Below are positions 13,263 through 27,369 of a stretch of 64,000 bases of DNA, piece by piece. The DNA comes from Eledone cirrhosa (lineage: Eukaryota), in contig OZ024765.1 of the NCBI GenBank assembly GCA_964016885.1, forward strand, positions 15,438,001 to 15,502,000, in the 5' to 3' direction. Position numbers and translations under genes: made by a program. How positions within the stretch are numbered: the first letter of the stretch is position 1; the number at the start of each line of letters is the position of its first letter. The notes below the pieces were generated by a model that was not told where the DNA came from, made no database searches, and saw only the letters and a program-made list of their open reading frames with translations.

Positions 13263-13719
13263 CTCTGTGTGGTGAGCAAATGGGGTCCCACGTACTGGCC
13301 TCCCCACAACCCCGGCGGACAGAATGGAGAATGCGTTTCCCGGGAGGATGGTAAGGGAGATGTGCTGGAAGAACCATTGCATCTCCCGAGGCTCACACCT
13401 ACGGCTGGCCAAAGGAAAGAAAGAATAGGGAAATATAGAAAAGATAGGAAAAAAGAGAGGAGAGAAAGAAAGAAGAAAAAATATCGGGAAGGGAAGGAAG
13501 ATAGCAAGAGCTCTGGTGTACAGAAGAGAGGGGAGGCGTGAATGGGGATTGGGTTCTGGGCCTAAGGCAAGAGGGCCGACGCTCCGACCTTGCGGGGGGT
13601 GGGGGGTGGGGCTCGGCAGTACGGGGTCCAATTACGCGATTAAGTTGGGAGCAGAGAACGTGTCGCAGCAGGTGGCGTCGCAGATGAGGGATGTGCTTCC
13701 TTAGAATGGGAAGAACCTG

Positions 13720-14968
13720 ATTCCGTCGGGATTTATAAATTTAAAGTACTAGTCAAGTACTCTGGTTTATAAATGAAAGTACCAATCAAGTACTGGTGTT
13801 GATAAAATTAAAAGTACCAGTCAAGTTCTGTGGTCTATAATTGAAAGTACCAGACAAGTTCTCGGGTTTATAAATGAAAGTACCAGCCAAGTACTGTGCT
13901 TTATAAATGAAAGTACCACCCAAGTACTCTGCTTTATAAATGAAAGTATCAGCCAAGTACTCTGGTTTATAAATGAAAGTACCAGCCAAGTACTGTGCTT
14001 TATAAATGAAAGTACCAGCCAAGTACTCTGGTTTATAAATGAAAGTACCAGCCAAGTACTCTGGTTTATAAATGAAAGTACCAATCAAGTACTGGTGTTG
14101 ATAACATTAAAAGTACCAGTCAAGTTCTGTGGTCTATAATTGAAAGTACCAGTCAAGTACTCTGGTTTATAAATGAAAGTACCATCCAAGTACTGTGCTT
14201 TATAAATGAAAGTACCAGCCAAGTACTGTGCTTTGTAAATGAAAGTACCAGCCAAGTACTGTGCTTTATAAATGAAAGTACCAGCCAAGTACTCTGGTTT
14301 AAAAATGAAAGTACCAACCAAGTACTGTGGTTTATAAATGAAAGTACCAGCCAAGTACTGTACTTTATAAATGAAAGCACCAGCCATGTACTCTGGTCTA
14401 TAACTGAAAGTACCAGCCAAGTACTCTGGTTTATAAATGAAAGTACCAGCCAAGTACTCTGGTTTATAAATGAAAGTACCAATCAAGTACTGGTGTTGAT
14501 AACATTAAAAGTACCAGTCAAGTTCTGTGGTCTATAATTGAAAGTACCAGCCAAGTACTGTGCTTTGTAAATGAAAGTACCAGCCAAGTACTGTGCTTTA
14601 TAAATGAAAGTACCAGCCAAGTACTGTGCTTTATAAATGAAAGTACCAGTCAAGTACTCTGGTCTATAAATGAAAGTCCCAGCCAAGTACTGTTTTTTTT
14701 ATAAATGAAAGTACCAGCCAAGTACTGTGCTTTGTAAATGAAAGTACCAGCCAAGTACTCTGCTTTATAAATGAAAGTACCAGCCAAGTACTGTGCTTTA
14801 TAAATGAAAGTACCAGCCATGTACTCTGGTCTATAAATGAAAGTACCAGCCAAGTACTCTGGTTTGTAAATGAAAGTACCAGTCAAGTACTGAGGTTGGT
14901 TGATTTAATCAACTTTGCCCTATCCCTTAAATATTCTGGCCTTCTGCCTAAATCAGAGATCAATATTC
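13720..14968 (+). repeat. 30-bp minisatellite expanded inside a SINE copy
   Basis: Unit aaagtaccagccaagtactctggtttataaatg matches the SINE core (taaaataaagtaccagt...actgg). SINE 3' end resumes at 14885-14968. Confidence 0.85.
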
Positions 14969-15355
14969 TCTCCTGACATAACCAAACTCTGTGCTCATTG
15001 GTTGAAATCAATTATCCAACAGACATTCACAGAATGCATATGTAAATAGAAAACTACATTGATAACATGGAGAATTAATAAGAAATCTGCAGAAACCGGA
15101 GCCGGGCTATAAAACTTTAGATTTATATGTGTGATTATTAGTGAAATGGAGGTCTGACGTCACTAACTGTCTTAGCCGCCATCTTGAGATGCTGGGTTTC
15201 ACTAAACCAGAAAGACACGCTTAATTAAGAAGACAGCGTAACACTCGATAAATGCCGCAGTGAAATATTATGTAATATTAGACTTCAGTTGTTACATATG
15301 TGTAGACATATATATAAAGATGTGTAGAATTATACACACTGATATGTAGAAATAT

Positions 15356-15418
<63 letters not shown>

Positions 15419-15541
15419 CATACATATACATCTGTAGACATATACATAGATGTGTAGACATATAGATACATACATATATATATAGGCATACATACACGTG
15501 TGTTGGCATACATTGGTGTAGACACAGATGTGTAGAAATAT

Positions 15542-15572
<31 letters not shown>

Positions 15573-15897
15573 GGCATACATATACATCTGTAGACATATA
15601 CATAGATGTGTAGACATATAGATACATACATATATATATAGGCATACATACACGTGTGTAGACATACATTGGTGTAGACACAGATGTGTAGAAATATACA
15701 GATATATATATATATATAAATATACATAAATACATATACGTGTGTAGACATATACATAGATGTATAGACGTATACATATATATATATAGGTATACACGCA
15801 CACTTCTGTAGACACACAGTTGTATAAACACACACAGACACATATATATAGGCATACCCACACATATGTTTAAACACACACAGTTGTACAGATACAG

Positions 15898-15957
<60 letters not shown>

Positions 15958-16063
15958 GCATACACACACATTGAAGACACACAGATGTATAGACACAGTT
16001 GTACAGACACACACACATATATCATATAGGCATATACACACAAACATATATAGGCACACAAAC

Positions 16064-16095
<32 letters not shown>

Positions 16096-16119
16096 ATATA
16101 TATATATATGTGTGTGTGC

Positions 16120-16154
<35 letters not shown>

Positions 16155-16697
16155 TATATATATATATGTGTACCTCCACAAAATACGTGTTGGTCAATAT
16201 GTGTGTGTGTGTGTGTGTGTGTGTATATTAGAATTGTGTATAAGTACATATACACACACGTGTATATGTGTGTATACATGGGAATAGAGAAATATATATA
16301 GGAATAGGATAAAATATATAAAAGAATGTATACATGTATACAAGCATACAAAGATGCATAAAAACGTACATGCGTACATACATAGGAAACAAAAACATAC
16401 ATACACACATACACACACATATACACTCTCACACCCTCATACCCATACACACACACACACACACAGATATACAACCACAAGCACAGTGATATATATATAT
16501 AGAGAGTCCTACATATATTTACGCACAAGTTCCGTCATTTCGTTAGAGTAAAGCCGCAATAGTCTTGGTTCAAACAAAACCTTAAAGTCGCTTCCTTGCA
16601 GCCGTGGAAACTGAATCTAAATTTCATAGCTTCATGAAAACATACCTATAGACTTGTATATACACACCTAGTTACATTCATATGTATACACATGCAC

Positions 16698-16758
<61 letters not shown>

Positions 16759-16760
16759 GA

Positions 16761-16958
<198 letters not shown>

Positions 16959-17005
16959 TATATATAAATTTATACGGAAACAACACAGAGAGGCAGACAT
17001 ATATA

Positions 17006-17063
<58 letters not shown>

Positions 17064-17114
17064 AAGAGTAAGACACAGATTCATTCACTCGCTCACAGAC
17101 ACACACACACACAC

Positions 17115-17154
<40 letters not shown>

Positions 17155-17234
17155 ATATATATATATATAGAGAGGGAGAGAGAGAGAGGGAGAAAGAGTA
17201 AGAGACAGATTCATTCACTCACTCACACACACAC

Positions 17235-17304
<70 letters not shown>

Positions 17305-17307
17305 GTA

Positions 17308-17382
<75 letters not shown>

Positions 17383-18288
17383 GACCTGCATGTATGTTTG
17401 TATACGTGAAAAAAAATTATGTATATATATGCAAATATACGTACTTACGTGCACACATGTATTCAGGTTTACGTATATACATACATAGCTACATACATAT
17501 ATGCATGCATACATACGCGTGCATATATTCATCGATATGTATGTACTTACATACACACATACATACATACTTGTATACGTGCACACTTACATACACGCAT
17601 GCTTACATATATACATACATGTGCATGTATACATACAGATGCACATACACACATACATATATACATACACACATACACACTTAAATATATGCATACATAC
17701 ATACGTGCTTCCATACATATATACATACACACATACACACTTAAATATATGCATACAAATATACGTGATTCCATACATATATACATACACACATACACAC
17801 TTAAATATATGCATACATACATACGTGCTTCCATACATATATACATACACACATACACACTTAAATATATGCATACAAATATACGTGATTCCATACATAT
17901 ATACATACACACACACTTAAATATATGCATACATATATACGTGCTTCCATACATATATACATACACACATACACACTTAAATATAGGCATACATACATAC
18001 GTACTTGCATACATATATACATGCATCCATACGCGCCTACATACAAACACACATATATATTTATTTATATATACACACATACAAGGCTACCTGCCTTTGT
18101 CTTGCGTACATATATACATGCATACATACACACACACACACACATATATATATATACATACACACGCACACAAAGCTACCTGCCTCACTCTTGCGTACAT
18201 ATATACCTGCATATATACTCGCATACATACACACATATATATATACATGCATATATACTCGCATTCATATATAATCACACACATATAC

Positions 18289-18327
<39 letters not shown>

Positions 18328-18467
18328 AACAGACACACATATGTATATATATATATATATATATATAAATATATACACACACACACACACACACACAGCT
18401 ACCTGCGTATAAGAGGAGACGTCATGCGTACATATATACCTGCATATATACTCGCATACATACACAC

Positions 18468-18558
<91 letters not shown>

Positions 18559-18583
18559 CATGCATATACACACACACACACGC

Positions 18584-18616
<33 letters not shown>

Positions 18617-18623
18617 GATACAC

Positions 18624-18691
<68 letters not shown>

Positions 18692-18746
18692 CTACCTGCG
18701 TATAAGAGGAGACGTCATGCGTACCTGCATATATACTCGCATACAT

Positions 18747-18783
<37 letters not shown>

Positions 18784-18861
18784 CATATATACTCTCATAC
18801 ATACACACACACACACATATACATATATATATATACATATATATATATACACACACAAACA

Positions 18862-18919
<58 letters not shown>

Positions 18920-19377
18920 TATATATATATATTTATATATATATATACACACCCACAAAGCTACCTTCGTATAAGTGGAGGCGACGTGTCGTTACATCAC
19001 ACGACCCACTGCCGTTTGATCTGGCGGTTGTTTTTCGAAACAACTACGTTTACGATGAAAGCCAAGTTCTTGATGAAATCGACAGCAGAACACATAAGAA
19101 ATATATAACTAAGTTTTCCTTTTAGAAACATTCAACACGATATGAGGTTTCCAACTCTCTTTTATTGTATTAACTGAACTATTTGAGTAGCTATGCGCTT
19201 CCATAGCTGTATGTTGAAGTTTTTCTCGAGTATATACGTCTCTATAATGCTATTACACAAATCTTAGTACATCTACTAAAATATCATCTCTTGGTGTTTG
19301 GTCTATATCCTTTCTTCAAACACCGCCCGAACCCCGCGGCTTTCACCCCGTATATAAACACACACACATATAGACTC

Positions 19378-19427
<50 letters not shown>

Positions 19428-19432
19428 GTGTG

Positions 19433-19577
19433 TAAAATGTAAACAGAAATAACAACACAATCGGTACAGTATATGGAAGGTATATATTAAGTTAACGCTT
19501 GATATAACAGGAAGTGGGTCTTAACGTTTCCTACGCTAGTCCTTCATCAGAAGAAAGAATGAGAAATAAGATAGATT
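19433..19577 (-). mobile_element. Penelope-like pLTR fragment, family C (HHR 19519-19554)
   Basis: Homologous to 60120-60265. Minus UCUU CUGAUGA AGGACUAGCGUAG GAAACGUU AAGA, with stem II damaged in this copy. Confidence 0.7.
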
Positions 19578-19659
19578 GAAGGGATGGGCGGGGTGCAATT
19601 GGTAACAATGTCTTTAGATTGAAATAACAGGTTCATTCATGTTGACACAATTGGTGCTA

Positions 19660-20227
19660 CTGGTATCATGTATCCCAGTACAACCTGTCCCATGGTCGGG
19701 TCGTTGGCGACTAAACTGGCAACCCCACCAAGGTTTCTTGGTGAGGAGGGTTACTTTGGACATCCTGCAGGACTAAAAACAAAACCTGTCAAAGGGCAAA
19801 GTAGCTCTTAAGAGTCAATGGCCATCCAAAATCAACGGGAGAGATGACCCATTAGCCTTTGTCAAGGCAGAATTCTAGGAGAAGGAAAACTCTGATATAA
19901 CACCTGCAACCCTGATGGTATCCAATGATGTTGACTTGTTCTTCTTTTTGGTAAATATCATCTTGGTTAAGAGACTGGAAGTGGCTTTATGCATGTTTCA
20001 CGGCACAGGCATTGCTTTATATATGGAGATCTCTCTGCACTTGTCATCACATGGTACCATGGACCCAGCACTATGTGTCAATAATTGTCACAAGTGTAGT
20101 GTTTGTACCAGAGTTTTCAAGTCGCTAGCTGGACTAAAAAGTCACACTCGTTCAGCGCATCGGGAGGAGTTCTCCTACATGGATATAAAGTAGTGGCCGT
20201 ACTCGAAAACGAGTTGGCAGCCACCAT
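19660..20227 (+). mobile_element. Internally deleted RTE-clade derivative (5'UTR-like part joined to 3' end with C2H2 finger)
   Basis: ggcgactaaactggcaacccc...ggagaaggaaaactctgat 5' motifs. CSVCTRVFKSLAGLKSHTRSAH in ORF 19915-20193. 3' stem actcgaaaacgagt then (TA)n. Confidence 0.7.
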
Positions 20228-20343
20228 ATATATATATATATATATATATGTATACAAACCAAACACATACATTCAGAGACATGGTTAAAAAAAGAGGACG
20301 AAGTCTTCTATCTCCACTCTGCCGTACATACACAATCACAGAC

Positions 20344-20410
<67 letters not shown>

Positions 20411-20644
20411 AACAAACAAACACACACATACACACACACATATGTAAAGGAAACACATACATGCATAGATATTGTTAAAAAAAAATGAAGACATCGTAGA
20501 TAATTTTCTGCCTTCGCTCTCCCGTACATACACTATCAGACACACACTATCAAATACACACACACACTCTGACACACACACACACACACATACATACTCA
20601 CTCACACACATACACACACACATATATAAATATATATATATATG

Positions 20645-21100
20645 TAGAAGTTCTATTTAAATTGTTGGGATACAACAAACAAATATTTTTTAACTGATAT
20701 AAAGCACTCAACAAATTATTGGAGTAAAAATACGATATATTAACAAATGGAAACTATATTTATAAAACCATATTTATTTCATTATACATATTTCAAGGAC
20801 ACCAAGTCAAATTATGGTGCGCTTTCATCAGATAAAATATAATATAGATCAGTTATATAAATAAATATTGACATACCCTTAAAGAATGCGACCATGGGGC
20901 TTTCAACAGAAATGGTCGCATTCTTTAAGGGTATGTCAATATTTATTTATAAAACTGATCTATATTATATTTTATCTGATGAAAGCACACCATAATTTAA
21001 CTTGGTGTCCTTGAAATATTTTAACTTGGTGTCCTTGAAATATGTATAATGAAATAAATATGGTTTTATAAATATAGTTTCCATTTGTTAATATATCGTA
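20645..21100. mobile_element. HHR family D element with ~165-bp inverted repeat (20731-20895 / 20912-21100)
   Basis: HHR on minus 20768-20847 and plus ~20960-21063: CUGAUGA-stem II-GAAAUAUGUAUA with long stem I. 23-bp tandem duplication in the right arm. (TA)n flanks. Confidence 0.8.
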
Positions 21101-21536
21101 TATATATATATATATATATAGAAATCACATGAATCAAAGTTCTGTAATAAGGTCGTAATAAATTACTGTCTTTCACTGTTTAGGGTTTAAACTATATATA
21201 ACTATAAAAAGTTTTAGTATATACATAACCATAAATAGTATCCTTAATACTATATATATATATATATATATAAATTCGTTCTTGTTTCCCCTGGACAGAG
21301 TTACCACGTGGGTATTTGGTGTCGTAGGGAAGCTCTAATATATTCAGTACTTTTCCTAGTTTTTTCCGAATCTCCCAAACAAAATATTTCCAGCTTAAAG
21401 ATTTGGGAAGATTACGAACCAGTATTTCATTCTGTTTAAAACTATATTATTTCTATTTTGTTGCTAGGAGAGAAATGGTTGAAGACACCACCACCACCAC
21501 CACCACCACCTCCAACAACATTGATACTATCAATAA

Positions 21537-22233
21537 TTGTTTCTACTTTTGGAGCAAGGCCAGCAAATCCCCCAGTGTATTACTGGTACTTTATTTTATC
21601 AGCCCCGTAAGGATGAAAGGCAAAGTTAATCCTTGGCGGGATTTGAACTCAGAATGGCATGGGTCGTAACTCTATGCGTCATAGAATGGCGTCCGACTTA
21701 CTACCGATACTGCTAATCCACCGCAGCGACAACGGCACAACATGAATACAAACAACAGCGGCAGTGATAGCACCAACAACAACAAAAGTGAAAACACAAA
21801 TAACAACAACACCAGCAATAAATGCGATAATAACTGTTTCTATTTATGGCACAAGGCCAGCAATTTACCCCCAGTGCATTACTGGTACTTTATTTTATCG
21901 ACCTCTGTATGAATGAAAGGCAATGTTAATCTTGGTGGGATTTGAACTCAGACCGTAAAGGGCCGTAACTCTATACTACAAAGCATGACGTACGACCCTC
22001 TACCGATACTGCCAATCCACTAACTGTAATAACAATGACTGTTTCTACTTTTGGCACAAGGCCAGCAAAATACCCCAGTGTATTGCTAGTGCTTTATTTT
22101 ATCGATTCCGTAAGCATAAAAGGCAAAGTTAACCTCCGACTATAAAGGGCCGTAAACTTACACCGTAAAGGGCCGTAACTCTATGCTGCAAATCTTGGCG
22201 TCCAACCCTCTACCGATACTGCCAATCCACTGC
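21537..22233 (-). mobile_element. Three Meta/MESC-like SINE copies separated by (CAA)n
   Basis: Same A/B boxes and core as 9636-10752. Confidence 0.85.
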
Positions 22234-22423
22234 CCTAACTGTAATAATAACACCAACAACAATACTAATAACATCAGCAACAAGGACAACTGTAACATCA
22301 ATAACAACAACACAAACAATAATAGAAATAAAAGCAACAACATCAATAACTATAGCAACAACAATAACATATATTCAGGAATAGAATTAAGAATCACCTT
22401 TTACCAGAGTCAGAGAAAGGTAA

Positions 22424-22474
<51 letters not shown>

Positions 22475-22507
22475 TTTATTGTTTTATCCTTTTCCTTCAG
22501 TATTGAT

Positions 22508-23030
22508 TCTGATATATGCCGAATGTCTTCCTGACACCTAGGGCAAATACAGCACTGTATACATTGGTAAGCCAGTTAATACATCACATTGAATATAATT
22601 TACAGCTTATCATTCTTACAGAGGGATATCATTCTTACAGAGATAGTGCTCTCTCTCTCTACACACACACATACACACACACGCGCGCACACAAACATCC
22701 ACACACACACACACGAGGGACATCATTCTCACAGAGATATTGCTTTTCTGAATACGTGTGCAGTACATTGTTTCTGATATATGCCGAATGTCTTCCTGAC
22801 ACCTAGGGCAAATACAGCACTGTATACACTGGTAAGCCAGTTAACACATCGCATTGAATATAATTTACAGCTTATCATTCTTACAGAGGGATATCATTCT
22901 TACAGAGATAGTGCTCTCTCTCTCTCTCTACACACACACATACACACACATGCGCGCACACAAACATCCACACACACACACGAGGGACATCATTCTCACA
23001 GAGATATTGCTTTTCTCAATACGTGTGCAG
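22508..23030. repeat. ~265-bp tandem duplication
   Basis: ctgatatatgccgaatgtcttcctgacacctaggg... at 22509 and 22774. Confidence 0.9.
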
Positions 23031-23154
23031 TATCAGTCAAAACAATTTATTGCACCTCTTGCAGAGAGGGTACACCATGAATCATTCTCAAATAGTGTTC
23101 TGTTCCTTTTTCGATTATTGCCAGTGCTCCAACAATCAATAATATTGTAACGGC

Positions 23155-23640
23155 ATTATCGGTTAATTTTCTCCCTCTCCTTTTCTGGCACTCTCATGTC
23201 AAAGGGGCAGGCTACGTCTACAATCAGGCACGATTTTTCTCCTCGTCAAATACCACCAGGTCAGGCCTATTGTGTTCTAATTTCTTGTCCGTCTGTATCC
23301 TGAAATCGTATAGCACCTTCAGCTGATCGTTTTTTATCACCGACTCTGGCTTATGCTCATACCACTTCTCAGAATGTGGTAGATTATTATTTTCCTATCA
23401 TATCATGTCTCCAGCCTTTATAGTGTGTCTGGGCTAGGTGTTTACACTCGGATACGATGTAAGCCACAATCTACTCACGCTTTCTCTGTCCACAGATGCT
23501 ACACAGTGAACTATACACTTATCAATATGGTGTTTCACCCACTTCGTTCTGTGGGCTTACTCTTGCGCAACCATTAGCATTTCTTCTGTAGCTTTTTAAA
23601 GGTCTCCTCTTTCAAACCAGTTCCATGTGTGTGGATACCT
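23155..23640 (-). pseudogene. Decayed R4/Dong-like LINE fragment
   Basis: Minus frames give LMVAQE..RTKWVKHHIDK..CSICGQ..HIVSECKHLAQ..RHD..WYEHKPESV..DFRIQTDKKLEHNRPDLVVFD, with stops and frameshifts. Confidence 0.85.
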
Positions 23641-23651
23641 GATTTCCGTTT

Positions 23652-24043
23652 TAACAATAGAGTTGACCAGGTGGTTTTTGACAAGGAAAGAAGATTGTAC
23701 CTGATTGCAGATGTCGCCTAAACATTTGATACAAGAGTGCAAGAGAAGGAGGAGGAGCAAATTAACCGAAACTAGGATTTAAAGTGGGTGTTAAAAATGA
23801 TTTGGGACTGTCATGAAATCAAAGTCGTCCCGATTGTCATTGGAGCACTAGGTACTATTTCAAAGAGTTTTCAAGGATGAGTAAAGCAGATTAGTCCATC
23901 CCCGTATTTTTTTTTTTTTTGAATACTTCAAAAGGCATGCTTGCTGGGAACAGCAATAAGCTTCCGATAATTCCTGAATATCTGAAGCTTGATGTTCATT
24001 TGAACAAACATTCCAGTTAAATATCATCAATGACTAACACTCC

Positions 24044-24090
<47 letters not shown>
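23652..24090 (+). pseudogene. Decayed R4/Dong-like LINE 3' end with (TAA)n tail
   Basis: EIKVVPIVIGALGTISKSFQG, then 3'UTR and (TAA)n. Same family as 48978-49350. Confidence 0.85.
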
Positions 24091-24093
<3 letters not shown>

Positions 24094-24126
24094 CAATTAA
24101 TATTATTATCATTATAAAAAAAGAAA

Positions 24127-24158
<32 letters not shown>

Positions 24159-24169
24159 TTGTCATGATA

Positions 24170-24335
24170 TATTTCCATAGAAATGTTCTTAATACAGATA
24201 TGATTCCATCTGCACTGAAGTGGTTTTATGGTCAGATGTGGCAGTAGTGCTACCTCTTGACAATGTCCACCTAGAGCGCTATCAGGTGGAAGTGTTTGTT
24301 TTGTTGCGTTATTGATAATGTCGTAGTTAGAACAT
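24170..24335. repeat. Unclassified dispersed repeat, inverted homolog at ~27115-27250
   Basis: ctgaagtggttttatgg...ctcttgacaatgtccacctagag vs ctctaggtggaccttgtcaagag...taaaaccactttag. Confidence 0.65.
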
Positions 24336-24487
24336 CAGCAAGAAGCATATGCAGAGGTCACTTCTATATAAAATAAATATGTTTTATTCTTAACTAAAGT
24401 CTTGAACATCTAATTCCACTGTCGTTATTTCCCGATTCTTCCCCCCCCGGGATATTCCATATATATAATACACACACAAACACACAT

Positions 24488-24521
<34 letters not shown>

Positions 24522-24524
<3 letters not shown>

Positions 24525-24880
24525 ATATAAGATCAAAAGATGGTTAAAGGAGTTCCATGTATTTTATTATGCGCATTTCAAAAACAAACATCATCATGCA
24601 ATAATATTTGTGTTTTCATCAGATAAAACAGGAGATTTAAAACTGCACTATCCACAAGTGTTTTTTAGCCTTCATATCATGTTCTCCTGTTTTATCTGAT
24701 GAAAACACAAATATTATTGCATGATGATGTTTGTTTTTGAAATGCGCATAATAAAATACATGGAACTCCTTTAACCATCTTTTGATCTTATATTATGTAT
24801 ATTCCAGTCCTACAAACTGTAGAGTGCTTATTATCCGATATCTGCATTGCTTTATTGTACTACAATAAAACTCACCTACT
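24522..24880 (+). mobile_element. Penelope-like 3' fragment with 114-bp inverted arm (24522-24635 / 24683-24796) in (TA)n
   Basis: Essentially perfect inverted repeat, 47-bp spacer, unique 3' tail, HHR in each arm. Confidence 0.82.
24688..24758 (+). ncRNA. Type I hammerhead ribozyme with palindromic minimal stem III
   Basis: UGUUUUAU CUGAUGA AAACA...UGUUUUU GAAAUGCGCAUA AUAAAAUA. 8-bp stem I, AUGCGCAU palindrome, AUA site. Mirror copy on minus 24560-24630. Confidence 0.82.
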
Positions 24881-24904
24881 ATATATATATATATATATAT
24901 ATAT

Positions 24905-25105
24905 GAACTGAGTCAGGACCTCGATGGCTGAGCTCCGCCCGTTTCGACAGCTAGATCCGATCTAGTTCAGATCTAGCTGTCTAAACGGTCGGAGCTCAGC
25001 CGTCGAGGTCATGAGTCATTTCCTATTACCCACTCTACAACCCTAAGTATCGAGTACTCTGGTGCGTTATGGTCCATCTGGTATCTTGCCACACATTCTT
25101 TCTTT
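24905..25105 (+). mobile_element. HHR-fragment family A copy with fold-back (24909-25018)
   Basis: Hairpin around gacagctagatc..gatctagctgtc plus family A tail. Confidence 0.72.
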
Positions 25106-25123
25106 TATATATATATATATGAA

Positions 25124-26567
<1,444 letters not shown>

Positions 26568-26571
26568 TAGC

Positions 26572-26703
26572 GAGGGAAAAGTGGTAAGGAACCAGGTGGA
26601 CCCATAACGCACCAAAGTACTCAATACTTAGGGTAGTAGAGTGGGTAATAGGAGTAAGTAAGACCCCGACGGCTTGAGCTCAGCCGTCGGGGTCTTACTT
26701 ACT

Positions 26704-26708
<5 letters not shown>
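26572..26708 (-). mobile_element. Family A copy with terminal hairpin 26648-26708
   Basis: ataggagtaagtaagaccccgacggcttgagctcagccgtcggggtcttacttactcctat. Confidence 0.72.
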
Positions 26709-26757
<49 letters not shown>

Positions 26758-26849
26758 AATAGGGAGACGCATGGCAGGCTATATTTATATATGTGAGTGT
26801 GTGTGTGTGTATGTGTGTATGCGTCTGTGTGTGTGTGTGTGTGTAACAC

Positions 26850-26988
26850 GGTATCAGTCGGGGGTAACCACTAGCGTTAACGTACTTAGTACATAGCTGA
26901 GTATATATTTTTATTATAGAAATGTCTTCTACAGGACTAGAACTGTTTCATTTGAAGGAAACAATTCTAGTTCTGTAGATGCGATTTA
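26850..26988 (-). mobile_element. HHR-fragment family B copy with fold-back
   Basis: tctacaggactagaactgtttc / gaaacaattctagttctgtaga. Tail shared with 40224 and 44905-44980. Confidence 0.68.
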
Positions 26989-27000
26989 TATATTATGTGT

Positions 27001-27040
<40 letters not shown>

Positions 27041-27369
27041 ATGTGTGTGTTTGTGTGTGTGTATTTAATGCCCAGACACATTTATAAACATGTGTACGCT
27101 TGTATATAAATTAATCAGAACTACGCTTATTATTACATCATGTACTTCAACCTACTAGTACTCTAGGTGGACCTTGTCAAGAGATAGCAATAACGACATG
27201 GTCGCCTGTAAAACCACTTTAGTTCAGATGAAATAATTTTCCCCATGAAATTAATAGAATGATATTCCTGTTTACATGTTGAGTTCCTTGTGATCTCTTG
27301 GCCTTCTCATTATTAACCAGCATTGAAGTAATATAAGTTTGCCTTTGCTCTTGTACATTATATTAATTC

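Noticed and set aside
13745-13753. CTAG|T as a Helitron 3' end
   Set aside because: It lies inside a minisatellite unit where the other copies read CCAG, and there is no good subterminal hairpin.
19668-19720. Possible HDV-like ribozyme in the RTE 5' part (ccagt...acc tgtcccat ggt...ctaa actgg)
   Set aside because: P2, P3 and CUAA are suggestive, but P1 has mismatches and extra bases separate P2 from P3. It needs a family consensus.
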